A stretch of 63,955 bases of DNA, filler included, from Collodictyon triciliatum (taxonomy: Eukaryota): NCBI GenBank assembly GCA_043381765.1. It is 58 parts of 58 records of this genome, joined end to end, with 100 filler letters (N's around TTAATTAATTAA, not from the genome) between each part and the next. Parts side by side here need not be neighbours in the genome. Positions count along the whole stretch, not along the records: positions 62,956 to 63,955 come from JBHJMP010012792.1; 57 more parts are not named here. One strand, written 5' to 3'. The notes below the pieces were generated by a model. The model was not told the origin of the DNA. It made no database searches and worked only from the letters and a program-made list of their open reading frames with translations. The translations under genes were made by a program, and so were the position numbers. This document shows positions 62,956 to 63,955 of the stretch, in pieces (position 1 is the stretch's first letter; every line of letters starts with the position of its first letter).

Positions 62956-63955
62956 ATAACAAACAATAGGACTCCATTGAAGGAGAGATATCAGTGGTCC
63001 ACTGAGGGTATTGTCCATCTGCTCAGAAGGAGCTAGAACAAACAGTAGTACTCCATTGAAGGAGTGATATCAGTGGTCCACAGAGAGTTTTTTTCATCTG
63101 CTCAGAAGGAGCTAGAACAAACAGTAGTACTCCACTGAAGGAGAGATATCAGTGGTCCGCTAAGGGTTTTTTTAGTTGCTCAGAAGGAGCGAGGTCAAAC
63201 AATAGTACTTCATTGAAGGAGTGATATCAGTGGTCCACAGAGAGTTTTTTTTAGCTACTCAGAAAGAGCTAAAACAAACAATAGGACTCCATTGAAGGAG
63301 TGATATCAGTGGTCCACTGAGAGTTTTTTTAGCTACTCAGAAAGAGCTAAAACAAACAATAGGACTCCATTGAAGGAGTGATATCAGTGGTCCACGGAGA
63401 GTTTTTTTTAGCTGCTCAGAAGGAGCGAGGTCAAACAGTAGGACTCCATTGAAGGAGTGATATCAGTTATTCACTGAAGGTATTGTCCATCTGCTCAGAA
63501 GGAGCTAGAACAAACAGTAGTACTCCACTGAAGGAGAGATATCAGTGGTCCACTGAAGGTATTGTCCATCTGCTCAGAAGGAGCTAGGTCAAAAAAAAAG
63601 GCTCCATTGAAGGAGAGATCAGTTATTCACTGAGGGTATTGTCCATCTGCTCAGAAGGAGCTAGAACAAACAGAAGTACTCCACTGAAGGAGAGAGATAC
63701 CAGTGGACCACTGAGGGTATTGTTCATCTGCTTAGATTGAGCGAGAACGAACGGTAGTACTTCACTGAAGGAGAGATATCAGTGGTCCACAGAGAGTTTT
63801 TTTTAGTTGCTCAGAAGGAGCTATAACAAACAATAGGACTCCATTGAAGGAGAGATATCAGTGGTCCACTGAGGGTATTGTCCATCTGCTCAGAAGGAGC
63901 TAGAACAAACAGTAGTACTCCACTGAAGGAGAGAGATACCAGTGGACCACTGAGG
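62956..63955. repeat. Tandem array of ~79-bp units (about 12.5 copies), palindrome-rich and modular
   Basis: CT(C/T)CA(T/C)TGAAGGAG starts at 62972, 63051, 63130, 63208, 63287, 63365, 63444, 63523, 63602, 63679, 63760, 63839 and 63918. Confidence 0.97.

Noticed and set aside
62956-63955. CRISPR array or tandem hammerhead ribozyme
   Set aside because: The variable segments are a few reused variants rather than unique spacers, no cas genes are present, and I found no convincing hammerhead core (CUGANGA paired with a GAAA segment) on either strand.

Overview
This is not a contiguous locus. It is about 58 unrelated contigs of roughly 1.0 kb, in near-descending length order (1010 down to 1000 bp), joined by an artificial N44-TTAATTAATTAA-N44 spacer, so adjacency across spacers means nothing. 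Most contigs come from an AT-rich, intron-rich, microsatellite-rich unicellular eukaryote. It looks Amoebozoa-like, judging from a Dictyostelium-type P2X N-terminus, an AbcH/LolD-like ATPase, a TKL kinase and class III cyclases, but this is an inference. Recognisable host gene fragments are PEX5, P2X, TIM9, DDB1-like, HSP110, CDC45, UXT, an NT-C2/EEIG1-like gene, a neutral-ceramidase-like gene, a methyltransferase, and NHL and LRR proteins. Mobile DNA is abundant. It includes many pieces of L1/Tx1-like LINEs, a Ty3/gypsy gag-pro with a textbook -1 frameshift signal, a family of 30-50 bp retroposed tails with 17-bp target-site duplications, and a ~500-bp repeat anchored on (TAA)n. The most interesting items are: (i) two intronless, virus-like paralogous loci with the same upstream gene end and the same C-terminal domain but unrelated ~250-aa N-terminal halves, plus a fibre-like gene, together suggesting an endogenous Polinton-like virus/virophage with a swappable cassette; (ii) LRR genes built from one 69-nt phase-0 exon per repeat; (iii) a 79-bp modular, palindrome-rich tandem array. 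All assignments come from reading the sequence by eye; no searches were run.
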